Assembly: GCA_009103225.1 (NCBI GenBank)
Contig: RHPI01001428.1
Coordinates: 370,158-434,157 of the forward strand
Source: Chlorokybus atmophyticus
Taxonomy: Eukaryota; Plantae; Mesostigma and Chlorokybus algae
Direction of reading: 5' to 3'
DNA length: 64,000 nucleotides
Shown: positions 14,180 to 27,071 of the stretch, in pieces
Layout: every line of letters begins with the position of its first letter
Position numbering within the stretch: the stretch's first letter is position 1
The notes under the pieces: generated by a model
Seen by the model: only the letters and a program-made list of their open reading frames with translations
Database searches by the model: none
What the model was told of the DNA's origin: nothing
Program-made: the position numbers and the translations under genes

Positions 14180-14720
14180 TTAAGGTAGGGGACATTCTTT
14201 GTGGAATGCCCGCTCCTCTTTTCGGCAACTCTCAAAGTCGTTGCTGTAGTAGTCCATGCATGCGACATACTTGTTGAAAGATGCACCGCATTTGCTGTTC
14301 ACGTCCTGCAAGCTATAAAGCGTTGTCAGCCAGTGTAAGCGTTGGCTATGATACAGCGAATTTTGCAACAAAACAATGCCAATGGCGATTAAGGCAGCGC
14401 TGCACGCACATTGCTCATCACTGTGCAGCGTATGCGGAGGTTTGCACAACATGCGGGAGTTGAATCGCTACTCAGAGCGTTTGTGCACAACCATCTAACG
14501 GAGATTGCAAAATTCTCGCATTGTGCACTTACAGGGATAGCAGGCAAGAGGTGACGGCGGTGCCCTGCTGCAAGCACTTGGCAGGATCGGCGTCCGCGCG
14601 CTTGCAATCCACAAACGCAGTGTTCTGTGCGGCGCACACCTTGGCCGTGTGCTTGGCCAGCGACAGCAGCACCGGCCCAGTGACCAGCTTGACCCCGCCG
14701 CCGCCGTCGGCGTCCGCCAT
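14180..14720 (-). CDS. NDUFA8: Mitochondrial complex I subunit NDUFA8 (twin CX9C)
   Basis: Exons 14533-14720 and 14180-14312 total 321 nt: MADADGGGGVKLVTGPVLLSLAKHTAKVCAAQNTAFVDCKRADADPAKCLQQGTAVTSCLLSLLQDVNSKCGASFNKYVACMDYYSNDFESCRKEERAFHKECPLP*, with the plant NDUFA8 Cys spacing. Confidence 0.9.
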
Positions 14721-14763
14721 GGCCACCTCCACAGCGCCACCAGCGAAGTGCCCTAATTCCACA

Positions 14764-14772
14764 AAACCCTAA
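14764..14772 (+). promoter_or_regulatory. Telo-box just upstream of NDUFA8 / CocE1
   Basis: AAACCCTAA 44 bp upstream of the NDUFA8 ATG. Confidence 0.5.
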
Positions 14773-15589
14773 ACGACGTTAGTGCTTGGTTAGCCTGTTT
14801 GCGTTAGCGTGAGTGTGGCGAATTACGCATAACAATGCTTCGCTAACGTTGTGCATCATTGCCGGCGCCGCTTCGTTTGAATGACGACAAAGACGAGCTC
14901 ATGTCGGATGATCTCAATCGCATTGCTGAGTTGACGGCGGCGGCGAGGAGCGCAGGGGCGCAGGGGCACTGTGGTGGATTTTGGGTTGCTGCTGCAGAGG
15001 CTTGTTGAGGAGGTTGTCCTGCTGTTGGTGGCAAGGTGGGTCGGGCCTCCCAGAGCAGCTGTGCTTGTGCTTGTCCTTGTGCCTTGGGTGTTGGGTGTTG
15101 GTAGCTGCTCCGGCAGCAGTGCGCATGCCAGTAAATTCCTAGATGCTTGCCAGCTGGACGGCTGGTTTGCGGTTTCTGGTAGTGCGACATGTGCACGTCT
15201 TGCATGCGACAGCGTGCGCTGGGGCGCAGTGGCAAGTGTCTGGCAAGCTGTTGCGTGTGTTTGCTTGTCTCAAGCTCTGCTGCTGTGTGTAAATTTAGCT
15301 TACAGTGTACTTGGTAATCCGTCGTGTCGATGCTGTATGGCATGCGCTCAAGCCTATGAGTCAGGTGCACTATCATGCACGCACATTTATGCAGTATATT
15401 TACTGCTGGGAGTGAGACAAACGTGTATGCATACAGCCAGATGGTTAACTAGCGTTTGATTGTCATGCACATGCTTTACTAGTTCTTTTTCAAGTGGCAG
15501 TAAGATAAGCATGCATACACACATTCAGATAGTTAACCTAGCGTTGGCGTACGATGTCTTGACGCTTGAACCATGCTGTGTTGGTGTAC

Positions 15590-18500
15590 AGCTGAGGCTG
15601 GTATGGGGAGATGTCAGCTCGCGGGAAGCTTGAGTCAGCGTTGGGACGCGACCACACCTTGCGAGGGGAGCGCCTCCATGCTGCGGATCCAACATTGCCG
15701 CTGGACCTTCACTGGGATGGGCAAAGCAGACGCAAGGCACTGCCTGCCATGTCGATAGTGAAGCGCAAGTTCAGAAACTGCAGGTAAACCGATGTTACCC
15801 AGTACTTGAGAAGAGCAGCAGAATCAAGCACTGGCAGGTGTAGAAACTTTGTCAACATAGCTAGCTTTGACAGACGTCTTGCTGTGGGTTCTAGGTTGCG
15901 ATACCACGTTTCTTGTGCATTGTTGGGGCCTCCGGGTGCACATTGTACAGTTACAGTGACGTTTTATGACAGGATGCAGCAAGCATGTGTTAATGACGTC
16001 ACATAATCCTCAGGTATGAGTCACACCTGCTGGCCATGAAAGATGGTGTGCGGATAGCAGTGGATGTGTATCTTCCTGAAGAAGCCAAAGATGGCAAGGT
16101 GCCTTGTGTCTTGCATCAAGCTCGGTACATGCGCGCCATGCGCCTGCGTTGGCCCTGGAGGAGTCTCTTTCCCGGCAGCAGGTGGGGCTACGTCTTTTGC
16201 AGTGGAGTTGTCATTGCAGTGTTGGTTGCAAGGAGACCAGACAAACCAAAGTAAATGTTACAGGCCCATCGACTTTATGAATTTCGCGTACAAGCGGGCT
16301 TTTGTTGCTGCAGGTTTTGCTCTTGTGTCCATTGATGTGCGCGGGACAGGCGCCAGCTTTGGTCGCTGGGAAAGGTTCGCACCAGTAGGCAATTTGACAG
16401 ACTTCCAGTGAAGAAATGCGACTCACTGATCGCAGCATGCATTATGCTGTCTATGCAGACCTTGGCAAGATGCAGAAGCCCTTGACAGCATTGAACTGAT
16501 AGACTGGATTATTCGCCAATTGTGGAGCAATGGGTCCGTGGCATTGTGGGGCCTCAGCTATGATGGTGAGTGGCTGCACTGATTTGCATGATGGAGGCCA
16601 TTACGCATGCATATGCACATATGAGCAGCCTTGATAGGCCAGTTGCGTTTGACAGGCAATGCTGCTTTTAAGACTGTGGCTCTACATCATCCCGCAGTCA
16701 AAGCTTGCGTGCCAATGTACCTGTTCTGGGACATGTACAACGACATTGCAGTGCCAGGGGGCTTGCCGATGAGTGCATTTGTTGACAACTGGTCAGCGTA
16801 CTGCGCTGCCATAGACAGCAATGACTTCAGTCGCCTACCCAAGAATGGCTTCATCGTGAGCCGTGTGTTCAAGGTTTGGCATATGGTCAAATGCATGCAC
16901 TGAAGCGAGGTTTTGGCACAGTTGTGGTGATCAGTGGTCTCAACTGTGCACAACAGGGTGTTGCCCGCATCAAGTTTCGAGAAAATATGGCTGTGACACC
17001 ACCATCGTCTTCAGATACAGACAGTGAATCCTCATCCAATGACAAATCCAAGGAGTCAAGCGGTGGCTTTCGCAAGTACCTGTTTGGTGCGCTCGCAAGA
17101 AGAGCAGACCTGATGGTGGTCGACAAAGCGCGTCTGCATCGCAGAGACCGAAGAAACCTCGTCAAGGATGCTGTCCGTGAGCACGTGGACAACTATCAAG
17201 CAGCAAAGGACCTGGCCACCATACGCTTCGCTGATGAGCCGTCACCTCAAGTGGGTGTAACAACCAACTCCATCAGCGCCTTTGTCAAGGTTGGAGCAAG
17301 GACTCTGTCGGTTTGTTTCCCGTGTGCGCATGTGATCGAGCAGTAATTGCGTCACAACATCTACACCACATCAGACCTGAAAGTCCCCAGTACAGTTATA
17401 ATGTGTAACGTAGCTTTTGCATGCAGGCGGCAGCTGTGGCTTCAAGTGGCGTGCCTATGTACTACTATGGTGGCTGGTGAGCCAAGTACCAAGGCTTAAA
17501 GCCATGAAGCTTGCCATCTGTGCAGTTGACTCATCAATGGACATGTCATCGCGTGCAGGTTGGATGCCACAGCCAGGCCAGCAATCATGGCATTCGTGCA
17601 TGCCGCACCTGCTGGCTCGCGGTTGATAATTGGTCCGTGGAACCATGGCGGTTGGCAAAACGTCGATCTGCTTGGCAAGACGAGCTTGACAACATTTGAC
17701 CATCAGCGAGAAGTTGTTCACTTCATCAGCCAGGTCATGAAGCCGAAGCAGTTGGGCATACCAGACTATGCGAAGCTCACAGCAAGTCACAGTGTCCCTT
17801 CACAGTCAAATGGATCCACCGGAGGTCTATACAGGTACTGTCACCAGTGATTAGAATTTACGCAAAATTATAGCATCTGGTGGCGGCATTGCTGACTTGG
17901 TGAGCTGTTGTGCAGTGTTGGTAGCAGCCAAGCAGCCGTGTGCCGCCTCGACAGTGATGAGCAGTACACAAAAAGCTGTGTAAAACATCCAGAGATGCCA
18001 GTGGCGTACTATGTCATGGGCCTTGCCCAGTGGCGACATGCACCGACCTGGCCGCCTCCTGGAGTGCAGAACATTGTGTACTACTTGCAGAGCGGAGGTA
18101 TGAATGGCATCGTGAAGTTTTTGACATGAACACCTTCACCTATCACTGCACGCAGCCATGTTGAGCATGTGATGGTATGTTCGGTTACAGGAACGGATGT
18201 GAACAAGGGAGAGTTGTTGTCAGATGCGAGCAAGTTGCCTGCAGATGCTGTGGATACATTTGAAGTGCAGCCTGGCGAGCACATTCAGGGTGTTTCCAGA
18301 TGGGACGCTATGATGGATGTTGTTAATGGAGTAGAGTACAGGTATCGTTGTGTTCGTTGGCACGTCACGTCCCTGTGTATCCTTGCTGCAATTTTCTGAA
18401 TTGTGTGTCGCTTGGCTTTGCAGAGGGTTAGATACGTGTGGACATCGTGTATATACAAGCCCGCCATTGTTTGAAGATGTTGAGGTAAGCTGCTTACTAG

Positions 18501-19245
18501 AGGCAAGCAGCTGAGTGTGTCAATATTGAGCATTTTGGTTGGGTGCTGTCCATGACTGCAATCACTGCCCATTGGCCTATGTGGTGGGTTATGTGCAGCA
18601 TTGCAGCTGCTGCTGGTGATTGTTCCTGGGATGTGGGTGCCTTGCAGGAGTTCCTTGGCTTGCACATGCATATACACAGCACTCCAACCTATCCCATGGG
18701 TCTGGTACTGATCTTGGACCTGCTGGCAGTTGACAGGATTTCCAGTAGTTGAGTTGTATATAACAAGTAGCGACGATGACGCTGAAGTGTTCGCCTATCT
18801 AGAGGTATTGTCCATGATGATGGTGTTGCGTTGCAACTGTCATCTTGTGTCGTGACTTGTAAATCTGGGTTTAACTGTGTTTTTACCTCAGGATGTAGAC
18901 GAGTCAGGAAAAGTCTCGTACATTACCGAGGGTGTCTTCCGTGCAATTCACCGTAAGGAAAGGCAGCCAGAAGGTGTTTATTACTTCAATACCATGCCGG
19001 GCGTGCCCTACCACAGCTTCTTCAAGACGGACGCACAGCGGTTGGAGCCTGGTGTTCCGGCATTGCTCCGGTTCGACATGCTGCCAACAGCATTCAGGTT
19101 TGCCAAGGGCCATTGCATCCGCGTGGCTTTCTCGGGTGCTGATCGCAAGCACTTCAGCAGCGATCACACTGGCTCTCGCACGTTGGGCATCTGTTGCAAC
19201 AGCGAGCGGCCGGCGCGCATCATTCTTCCTTTCCTGCCCTGGTGA
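15590..19245 (+). CDS. CocE/NonD-family (peptidase S15-like) alpha/beta hydrolase, paralogue 1; 5' end probably extends to ~14.9 kb
   Basis: MKDGVRIAVDVYLP, DVRGTGASFG, WSNGSVALWGLSYDG (nucleophile), GWMDATA (acid), GPWNHGG (His), and C-terminal galactose-binding-like domain SYITEGVFRAIHRK...FRFAKGHCIRVAFSGADRKHF...PARIILP*. Confidence 0.88.
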
Positions 19246-21969
19246 TGCATCTGGTCTTTGCACTCGGAGCATGCCACTGCCGACCCAGGCAGATGTCATT
19301 TGTTTTACCCCAGTTTTGTAGGGTTATATGACGATTGCATGGTTGCGTAGCGTGTGGTATATACAATTCCAGCAGGTCGAGCACTAATTAGCATGTCATA
19401 CATAGGCACGCTGGCCGCGTTTAACACTGTCGAACAACCCTGCACAGCACGCGCACACCATGCACACTCACACACCACAGTCACTCAGGCGCCACCCACC
19501 ACGCCGCCCTAGTGCATGGCCCATGGTCGCCCTCCAGTTTTGAGTGGCGCATGGTTGGGTCCATGTTGAACCCTGCGCTAAACATGCGCTGGCACCAAAA
19601 GAGAATCACAATTGAGTGATCAAGCTGCACGCCTCTACTGTGTTGCTGTTATGTTGGTAATTGGAAGGCTTGTTGCTTGTTGAAGTCACCACAGAACTAT
19701 CGTCAAGGGCTTATTGTTGGAGCTGTACCTGATTCATGCATGCCTTGCTATGCGTGCATTGCACGCACATAATAACCAGCCCCCCGTAGCTTAGTCGTGT
19801 ATTGTCTTGGCTTGTGTACCAAAAAACGTTGTGGGTATTAATAGCTATGTGTCGCGTAGCCTTGCTTGCTTTGGGTAATGCAGGCCCTTGCTTGTGTTAA
19901 CGTGCTATTACAATGACCCCCTAGCTCTGCCATATGCATGCCGCTTTGGTGCAAAATCGCTTGCTACTCTGCCTGCCTTTGCGACTCCCATGCATGAACT
20001 TCTTGCGCTATAGTGGCAGCTTGACTATCTGCAGATTATCAAGTAAATGGAACCTTAAACTGGAAGTCAACTTCACTACATCAAATCTTTTGCCAAAGAG
20101 GCCAACTTGTACGAAGTTTGAACTTACAATGAGATCACATGCAAATGCGATGCATGTACGACAAGCATACGGGCTGGCCAGACCAAGTTTTGCGTATGTT
20201 ACGCTACCAGCGTAACAGTATGCTACGTGTCACGGTGCAGTGCTAACACATAAACATCACACTCTCACTGTTATACATGAACATATCATAGTGTCACCGC
20301 GCGAACCGTAATAGGAAGCAAAACCGCTCCCTATTGGAACACATACACCACACAGTCCTGCTTCACACGCAATCTAAAATGCCTCGTTTGTACACACACG
20401 GTAGTCCACTACTGGTATGCGGGTGCCACGTTTGCCTCCATGGTTGGAGGTCCGTGGACTATCGGTATGAGCCCCCAGCGCGGCACCAAAGACACCGTCG
20501 CTGCTCCTCGCTCCATGATGGTCATCGCATGCGCTTGCTGCAAGGCAAAGGCACGTTGGCGGCAAAGGCACGAACCCCCAACCTTTCAAGCGCCGCTGCT
20601 CCGCTCTAATGTCTCGCACCGATGCGATTTGCCATGCGCACAGGCGCAGCACTTGGTGCAAGTCCTCTCCAAGCGTGTCGTGTGTTTCCCTATAGCTAGT
20701 GCGTGATTTAACAGTATGGCAAGTTGCCGTACTTGAGATTGCGCTGCTTGGTTTGCTTCCGCCGCTCGCATTGCCGGTACTGCAAACGGTGGCGCCACCC
20801 CTACCGATTACTACACGCTTTGGCAACAACATGAGCCTCAGCGTCATGCAACATGCCATGCGGCAGTGCGGCATCTTCATGTCTCTCCGACCGTCACGTA
20901 AGGCATTGTCCTTGCAAGTCCCTCGCATGAATGGCATAAGTTCTGACTACTAGCGACTTACGATGACACGCGGAGGTAGTGCCTCCTTGTATCAAGTGTG
21001 CACCACAGGGCTTGTTGCGCATCGTGTGGTGAACTACGATACGCACGTGGCCGCCGCTACACCGTAACAAGTGCGTGCAGAGACATCGTATTTCCGTGAG
21101 GCCCGCACCATCAAGGAGTGCGACAAGTCTAGTCGCGTATACAAAATATCGTAGCACACCACAAATGAATGCACATATGATGATACCATATGTATGCATA
21201 TATGAAGGGCCGAGGCTAATGGATTGTCGGATCCGACACATCATGTAAACCCAAATCGCTAAATAAATATGGATGTACTGCAATGCCGGGCACACCACGC
21301 GGAGCAAGCGGTGGAGAGCGGGCAACACCTTTGCAAGGTCTTTAACACTATGATGGCTACTGTACTATTCCGAGTACTTGTACCCTAGAAAATTTTAAAC
21401 ATCATGTTTAAGGATGATCCGACATTTTTGTTATCAGGTTGCAAACTATGTGGTATTGAGTCGTGATCGAGCCATATACGGCTAAAAGCAAGGTTTGAAG
21501 GTCAACACGAGATATCTTGTTGCGATATATTGGTATATTGGTATAGTGTAGCACTCCTAAATTTTCCAAGTTATACAGAAATCGTAGCGTATCGTGATTA
21601 TTACGTACTGGGTCAACTTAGTAGGTCACCATATAAAGTAACATATGCCATAATGAGCATATCATGCTTATTTACCTTGCAATAGCATGATTACATACAA
21701 ACACACTTTACATTCACTTGTGCACACATCACCATGTTTGGGATGTTGTTCAAGAGTTAATATTATGACATTGTGCCGCAGGCTGCATACCTATAAGCAT
21801 GTCTAGAATTGTTATGCCACGCATGTGCCGATTAATTTAACAAGTAATTTTCCATACCTGTCACATGTGATGTACACCGTGTACATCATAAGGAATACCT
21901 TCCAACAAGAGTGTGATTTTTACAGGTCTATACTTATTATAGCAAGTTACCGAAGTTGCATCAAAACAT

Positions 21970-24822
21970 TATCGAGTACCGTATGCGGCAATACAATTAC
22001 TGGCCAGCCTATAGCTCGCTAGTTTAAAATCTACGCCCGTTGAGCCGTGTACGCTTGAGCGCTGCATGTTCGCTGCCTCAGTCGCTTCGTCACATTGCAC
22101 CGCCAGTGCGTGGCATCCTGAGCATCGGCACGGGCATTGCTGGAGCGCCGTCCTCGGAGGAGCGGCAACGATGGCAGCCTTGCATGGGTAGGAGCCCTTG
22201 CAGGCAGCACCTCTACCAACGGAGGCTGACGTGGCTGGCAGCAGCGGTGTGAGCATTTCAACGGCCGAGATGTGATAGGTGCGTGCGTGCGTACGCAATA
22301 GCGTGTGCAGCCAGACCTTGTACACTTGTAGACATAGAGATATAAATAGGCCAAACTACACATGTACACAAGCAACAGGTGCGCTACGACAACGCACAAG
22401 TGTTTGCATTATCCTCAACCCGTGCGGCATGTCAGTGGGCGACAACACTTGCTGCCCCCCGTGGGCAATGCGCATGTCATTGACATGCGCTCAACAGAAG
22501 CTCTCGATGCTGCAGGTGCCGCCCCACCCACGTGCACCAGTCCGGCGCATGTTGGAAGTCGCTGTCAATGGCCCGAAAGACAACTTTGGGGTCATTAGCC
22601 GACAAGTCCCGCGTGTGCTGCTGTAGCCTGCACATGACCTCCGTGACGGCGTCGTTGAGTTGGGTGAGTACGCCTCCTGCCAGACCCGGCGGGGCATGCT
22701 TGTCCGAATGGAACAGCCGCTGCAGTGCCTTGCAGTTTCTCAGCGACAAGTACGCCAGGTGCCTGGGAGTGACAGAGCTTCTCAGATGCTGCCAGGCTGA
22801 GTGGATGGGATACTCCTTGTATACATGATACTCAACCACCTGGTAGGGTGTAGAAGCGAGCAGCGTCTCCAGATGGGATGCAGCAGACCCCTCCCTCAGG
22901 CCGTTCAGCTCCTTCTCAGCAAAGCCCTTGAATCTGCTGTCGCTGATGACTTGAACGTTTGCGAGCAGCCCTTCTCTCAACCCGGCACATGAGATGGCTT
23001 CGGGAAGCGCGGGGGGTGGCGGGAATGCTCGGACAGGTGCTGGCTGCGGCCGGGGAGAAGGTGGTGGAGGGCAAATGGCTGGCGGTTGCTCATCATCTTG
23101 TGCGTCCAAGACTGGTGGCACCGTGTCCAGTGTTTGCAGGGGTGTCGTTGGCTCAAGTCCAGTCGCTGCTTGGCAGCATGCAGCAACTTGTTCTTGCCCC
23201 AACAAAGGCGCAGGTTGCATGCTGCTGGTATCCGGACGTTGGCAGCTTGTGGCCAAGCCGTCCACAACTTTACCTTCTGTTGCAGGGCTCTCAGGGATCG
23301 CAGATGGCGTTGCAACCTCCTCCACTGGCTCTGTACTTTGCTCCTGATGCGGTGAGCTCCGGCACGCCAGGCTTTCAGCTAAGCATCCATCAGCATCAAC
23401 AAGATGGCTGGTTGTGTCTGAACGTTGCTGGCAGTGAGAGCACCTGCTGCCTTGCTTACTTCTCGCGACTTCAGCCTGTTGTAGCTGCTGAACCTGTTGC
23501 TCGAGCTCCTTGACGCGCCGAGCGTAGTCGCGCTGCTTGCGCCGCTGCTCGCGTGATGATAATAATCGGCAAGCTGCCGGGCTCACAGTGCACACTGGAC
23601 GCTTCCTCACCATGCCTCGCCTACATACAGCACGATCACCGTGTAAGAGATGTGGAACAGGGACCAAAGTCGCAAAAGACTGCAGTGTCATATGGATGCA
23701 ACAGATTTATGTGGTTAACACTAGCGTCACGCACTTTGCATGCGACAACCTACAAAGGTGTGCACACTTGCATAGCAGTCGTGTGTTGTCATCTGTGTGC
23801 TGGCTGGCGTGACATACATATTGCACACGACAGCACAGAAGGATATCATGTATGCGACACGCACCTGCGCGGTGATGATGGCGTTGTCAATGTTTGCACT
23901 GACTGCTGCATGGAACGGGCGTCACCTTTGCTTGCCGTGCTGCGGTCGCAGCCCGGTTCGGTGCACACGCCACGAAGGCCTTTCAGCTTGAGTAGGGGTG
24001 AGGTTCGCTTGCAATGGCCGAGCAAGTGCTGCTTGACTTGCAACAGACAGTAGGCGTGGCCACACAAGCTTGACGACCTTGGATGCGGATTGGGATACAA
24101 GAAGATACCACGGCTTCCGCGGCCTTCCGGCTCCTGCAGACAGCAGAGGAACCAGGTTGAGTTGGTAGCAAGCCAGCCTAACTTATGCAACGAACTACAT
24201 GCAAGGGGGAAGCACAGGCTCATGCAGTTCAGGCTCACGCTGTGTCTATGCATGTGCATGCGTACTTGTCTGTGTGCGTGCACAAAGTCGTGCGCATATG
24301 AGTGAGCGTGCGTGCGTGCGCGTGCATTCCCGTGTACGTGCGTGCATGCATGCGTGGGTGAAAGATCGGATAACACAAGATGATGGTGTGTTGTTGGAAA
24401 GCAGGCTGCTTAAGTGCTGGCACAAGCTGGAAAAGCACTCATTCTAATGTCTAGGGATGCAGGCTGCCGCTGCTGCTTACCCGGGATAAGAGGGAGCGGA
24501 GGTGTCCGGCAGAAGTGCGATCGGGTGGGCCTTGACAAGCGGGACATATGAGAACGCTGTACAGCCTGGTCACCGACGAGGATGATGCCGACGATGACGC
24601 GGCGTTCTCACCGAGCGGCATGCGCACTTGCAGCTGCACAGAGGCAAGCAGCTGCACCAGGTCGGCGCTGTTGCGCGGCAGGCTGTGTCGGAGCTGCGGA
24701 GGCCAAGGGCAGAGGCGCTCCTTGGGATTGCCTTTGACACGGCGGTCCAGCTGTAGGTCAGTGTGGTTGCCCACGTCCAGGACGCAGAGCTCCTTCCGTC
24801 TCGCCGCCGCCGCCGCCTCCAT
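21970..24822 (-). CDS. Hypothetical protein with bZIP-like basic/coiled segment and a J-domain-like C-terminal segment
   Basis: ATG 24822. Long exon ~22.5-23.57 kb contains SREQRRKQRDYARRVKELEQQVQQLQQ and KALQRLFHSDKHAPPGLAGGVLTQLNDAVTEV. Last exon not resolved. Confidence 0.4.
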
Positions 24823-25007
24823 GCACGCGGAGAGTGTCACACGCACACACCGTGCTCGTCAAATGCTGGGTTATTTAACCGAGAGATTAAGCACTCCGTA
24901 CTACGTCACATCATCCCGTATTTCTCGGTCAGCTAACCAAGGCTCATGGTCAGTTGTGGCTGCTCGAGCCTTAAGAGACTTCGCTTGAGCGCTTCTGGCT
25001 AGCAGGC

Positions 25008-27071
25008 ATGCCCAGGGCGATGGCAGCCACCGCCTTGTGGAAGGGGGTGCACGCGCACAAGGTCGGCACAAAAAGGGGAAGGCCGCTCCCGCCAAAGCCT
25101 TACGGCGTCTCACTCTACGCTCCCAAAACCTTTTTTAACAAGACCATCATCGCCACGTTTGCCTCCCTGAAAGAAGCGCAATACGGCAGGCTGGTTCTCC
25201 TTGGGGTAGGTTTCTTGCTGTTATGCTCAACCACCAACCGGGACAATAAAAAGCATGCCATCAACTTGTCACCTGCTGGGGTGGCTGCGAGTGGGCTGGT
25301 TCAGAACTCGTGAGGCCACGGAAGCATCTGCAGCCAATGGCAACAGCAATCAACAGGCAGACTCCAGCTGTTCGCAAGTGTCTTCTGTGTTACCAATCAT
25401 GCTGCAGATCGTGCACCAGCCTGCTTGTTGCATCTCACAACTGCTTATGTATGTGTCCACCACAGTACAGTGCATGTTGTGTGCACTTGTGTTGCATTGA
25501 TTAGGACCCTGCACGCACAAGCCATGCAAGGCCTGTCCATCCTGCACACTATGCAGCTGGCATGGATGCCATTGCGTGTTGTTCCATGCTCGTATGCTGA
25601 CTGCTTGCGCCCGGACCAGACACCATGCGGTCAACAACACATCCGACTAACTTGAGCGCTATCTGCAGGTATTGAAGGGGCAGCATGGGGATCGTATTCT
25701 TCAGCTTACGGGACGGCGCATTGCCAGTGTGCTTGGCCACGAGGTTAGCAAGCAAAGACGCCACCGCGGCGCGGTCGGTGCCTGGCAGCAGTTGGAGCGG
25801 TGGCTGGAAGCCAAGGTGCAGGACCGGCCTACCAACGCTGAGCAGCCGCAATCCGCTGGTGAGGCTAATGCTGATCCATGTCCACAGCAACACACGTCAG
25901 CAAGCATGGATGAAATCACCGCAGTTGCCAATCAAGTTGGGGCTGCTTTGTCCTCTTCTAAAGGTATACTGCTGGTGCATCCCTCTCGTACATGAAAACA
26001 ATTTTGTTGGCGCTGGTAGCATCGTAGCTGTGTTGTTGACATGCTGTGCTGTTCATATGAGCCGCATGCACGTACCACAACAAGATAATGTGACAAACTT
26101 GCACAACGCATGCAACAAAGGTCACCAAACGCACGTGCAAGCTCACATATACTCACATGCACGTGCAAACACACGTACAGATGCGCTCATACGCACGTGC
26201 ACTTGCGCACGCATGCTTGCACACAAATGGACCTGAACACTATCTCAGAGCGAATCTCCATGGAGGGTGCCGGTGCTGGTGTCTCTGGAAAGCGCGCGAG
26301 CACATATGCAGTTCCTCAGAGGAGCCATCAGATGGTGACGCAAGTCGATAATCGATATCGTAAAGGTATGCCCATCATCTGTTACTGTTGGTTTTCAGTT
26401 TTATATTTAGTCCACTTGTACGCAACACCCTCGCTGTGCGCTCAGGTGCACAGTCAGACAATGGTTCCCCATCACCCATGTTGAGTGGCTCCACGGACAA
26501 CAACAGTGCTGTTGGTGGAGGCTGCAAGCATTTGGCAAACGGCAACCACCGTCTTGATGCTGAGCCTCTTGCAAATCGGCGTTCTGCTCAGGTGGGTCAC
26601 CACTTGAGGACGCATGATGCGGGTGCCAGCAATGCTCTGTACGGCGCTGATCTCAGACCGCCAATGGACAACAACCTTATCAACAACGACAACATCCAAC
26701 ACGACAACTACAACGACAACCACAATGTTGGAGACAACTTGAGCGGCGTCAATGAAAACAACAGCAGAAACGATGTCACTGGAAACGACAAGCACAACCT
26801 CCCACCTGCTGCTGCTGGACGCCTGATAAAGGATGCAGCAATCGACACCACCGCCATGCAGGCCTACACACTCCCCTCTGCTTCTGAAGCAGCTCAAGTT
26901 GTTGGAGTGTCAACCACCTCGCCGCAGTATTACTACACCAAAGATGGGTACAAGCTTCAAGTCTCGCGTGAGGCTTGGGAACGCAGGGCCCAACGAAAGG
27001 AGGAACTCCGCCAAGTGGAGCTCGAGTTGCTTCAGCTCAAGGTCGCAGCAGATGTCAAGCGATGGCAGTAA
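25008..27071 (+). CDS. Multi-exon hypothetical protein, Asn/Asp-rich, C-terminal coiled coil
   Basis: Divergent from the 24822 ATG. Spliceable ORFs 25008-, 25672-, 26225-, 26388-27071 end in ...SREAWERRAQRKEELRQVELELLQLKVAADVKRWQ*. Confidence 0.42.

Noticed and set aside
20330-20960. ORFs with Cys clusters and an RQCERRKQTKQRN basic stretch
   Set aside because: No coherent spliced model or recognisable family; possibly a relic.
25008-25330. AP2-like motif (LRVGWFRTREA) in the hypothetical gene
   Set aside because: Splice phase unresolved and similarity too weak to call a domain.
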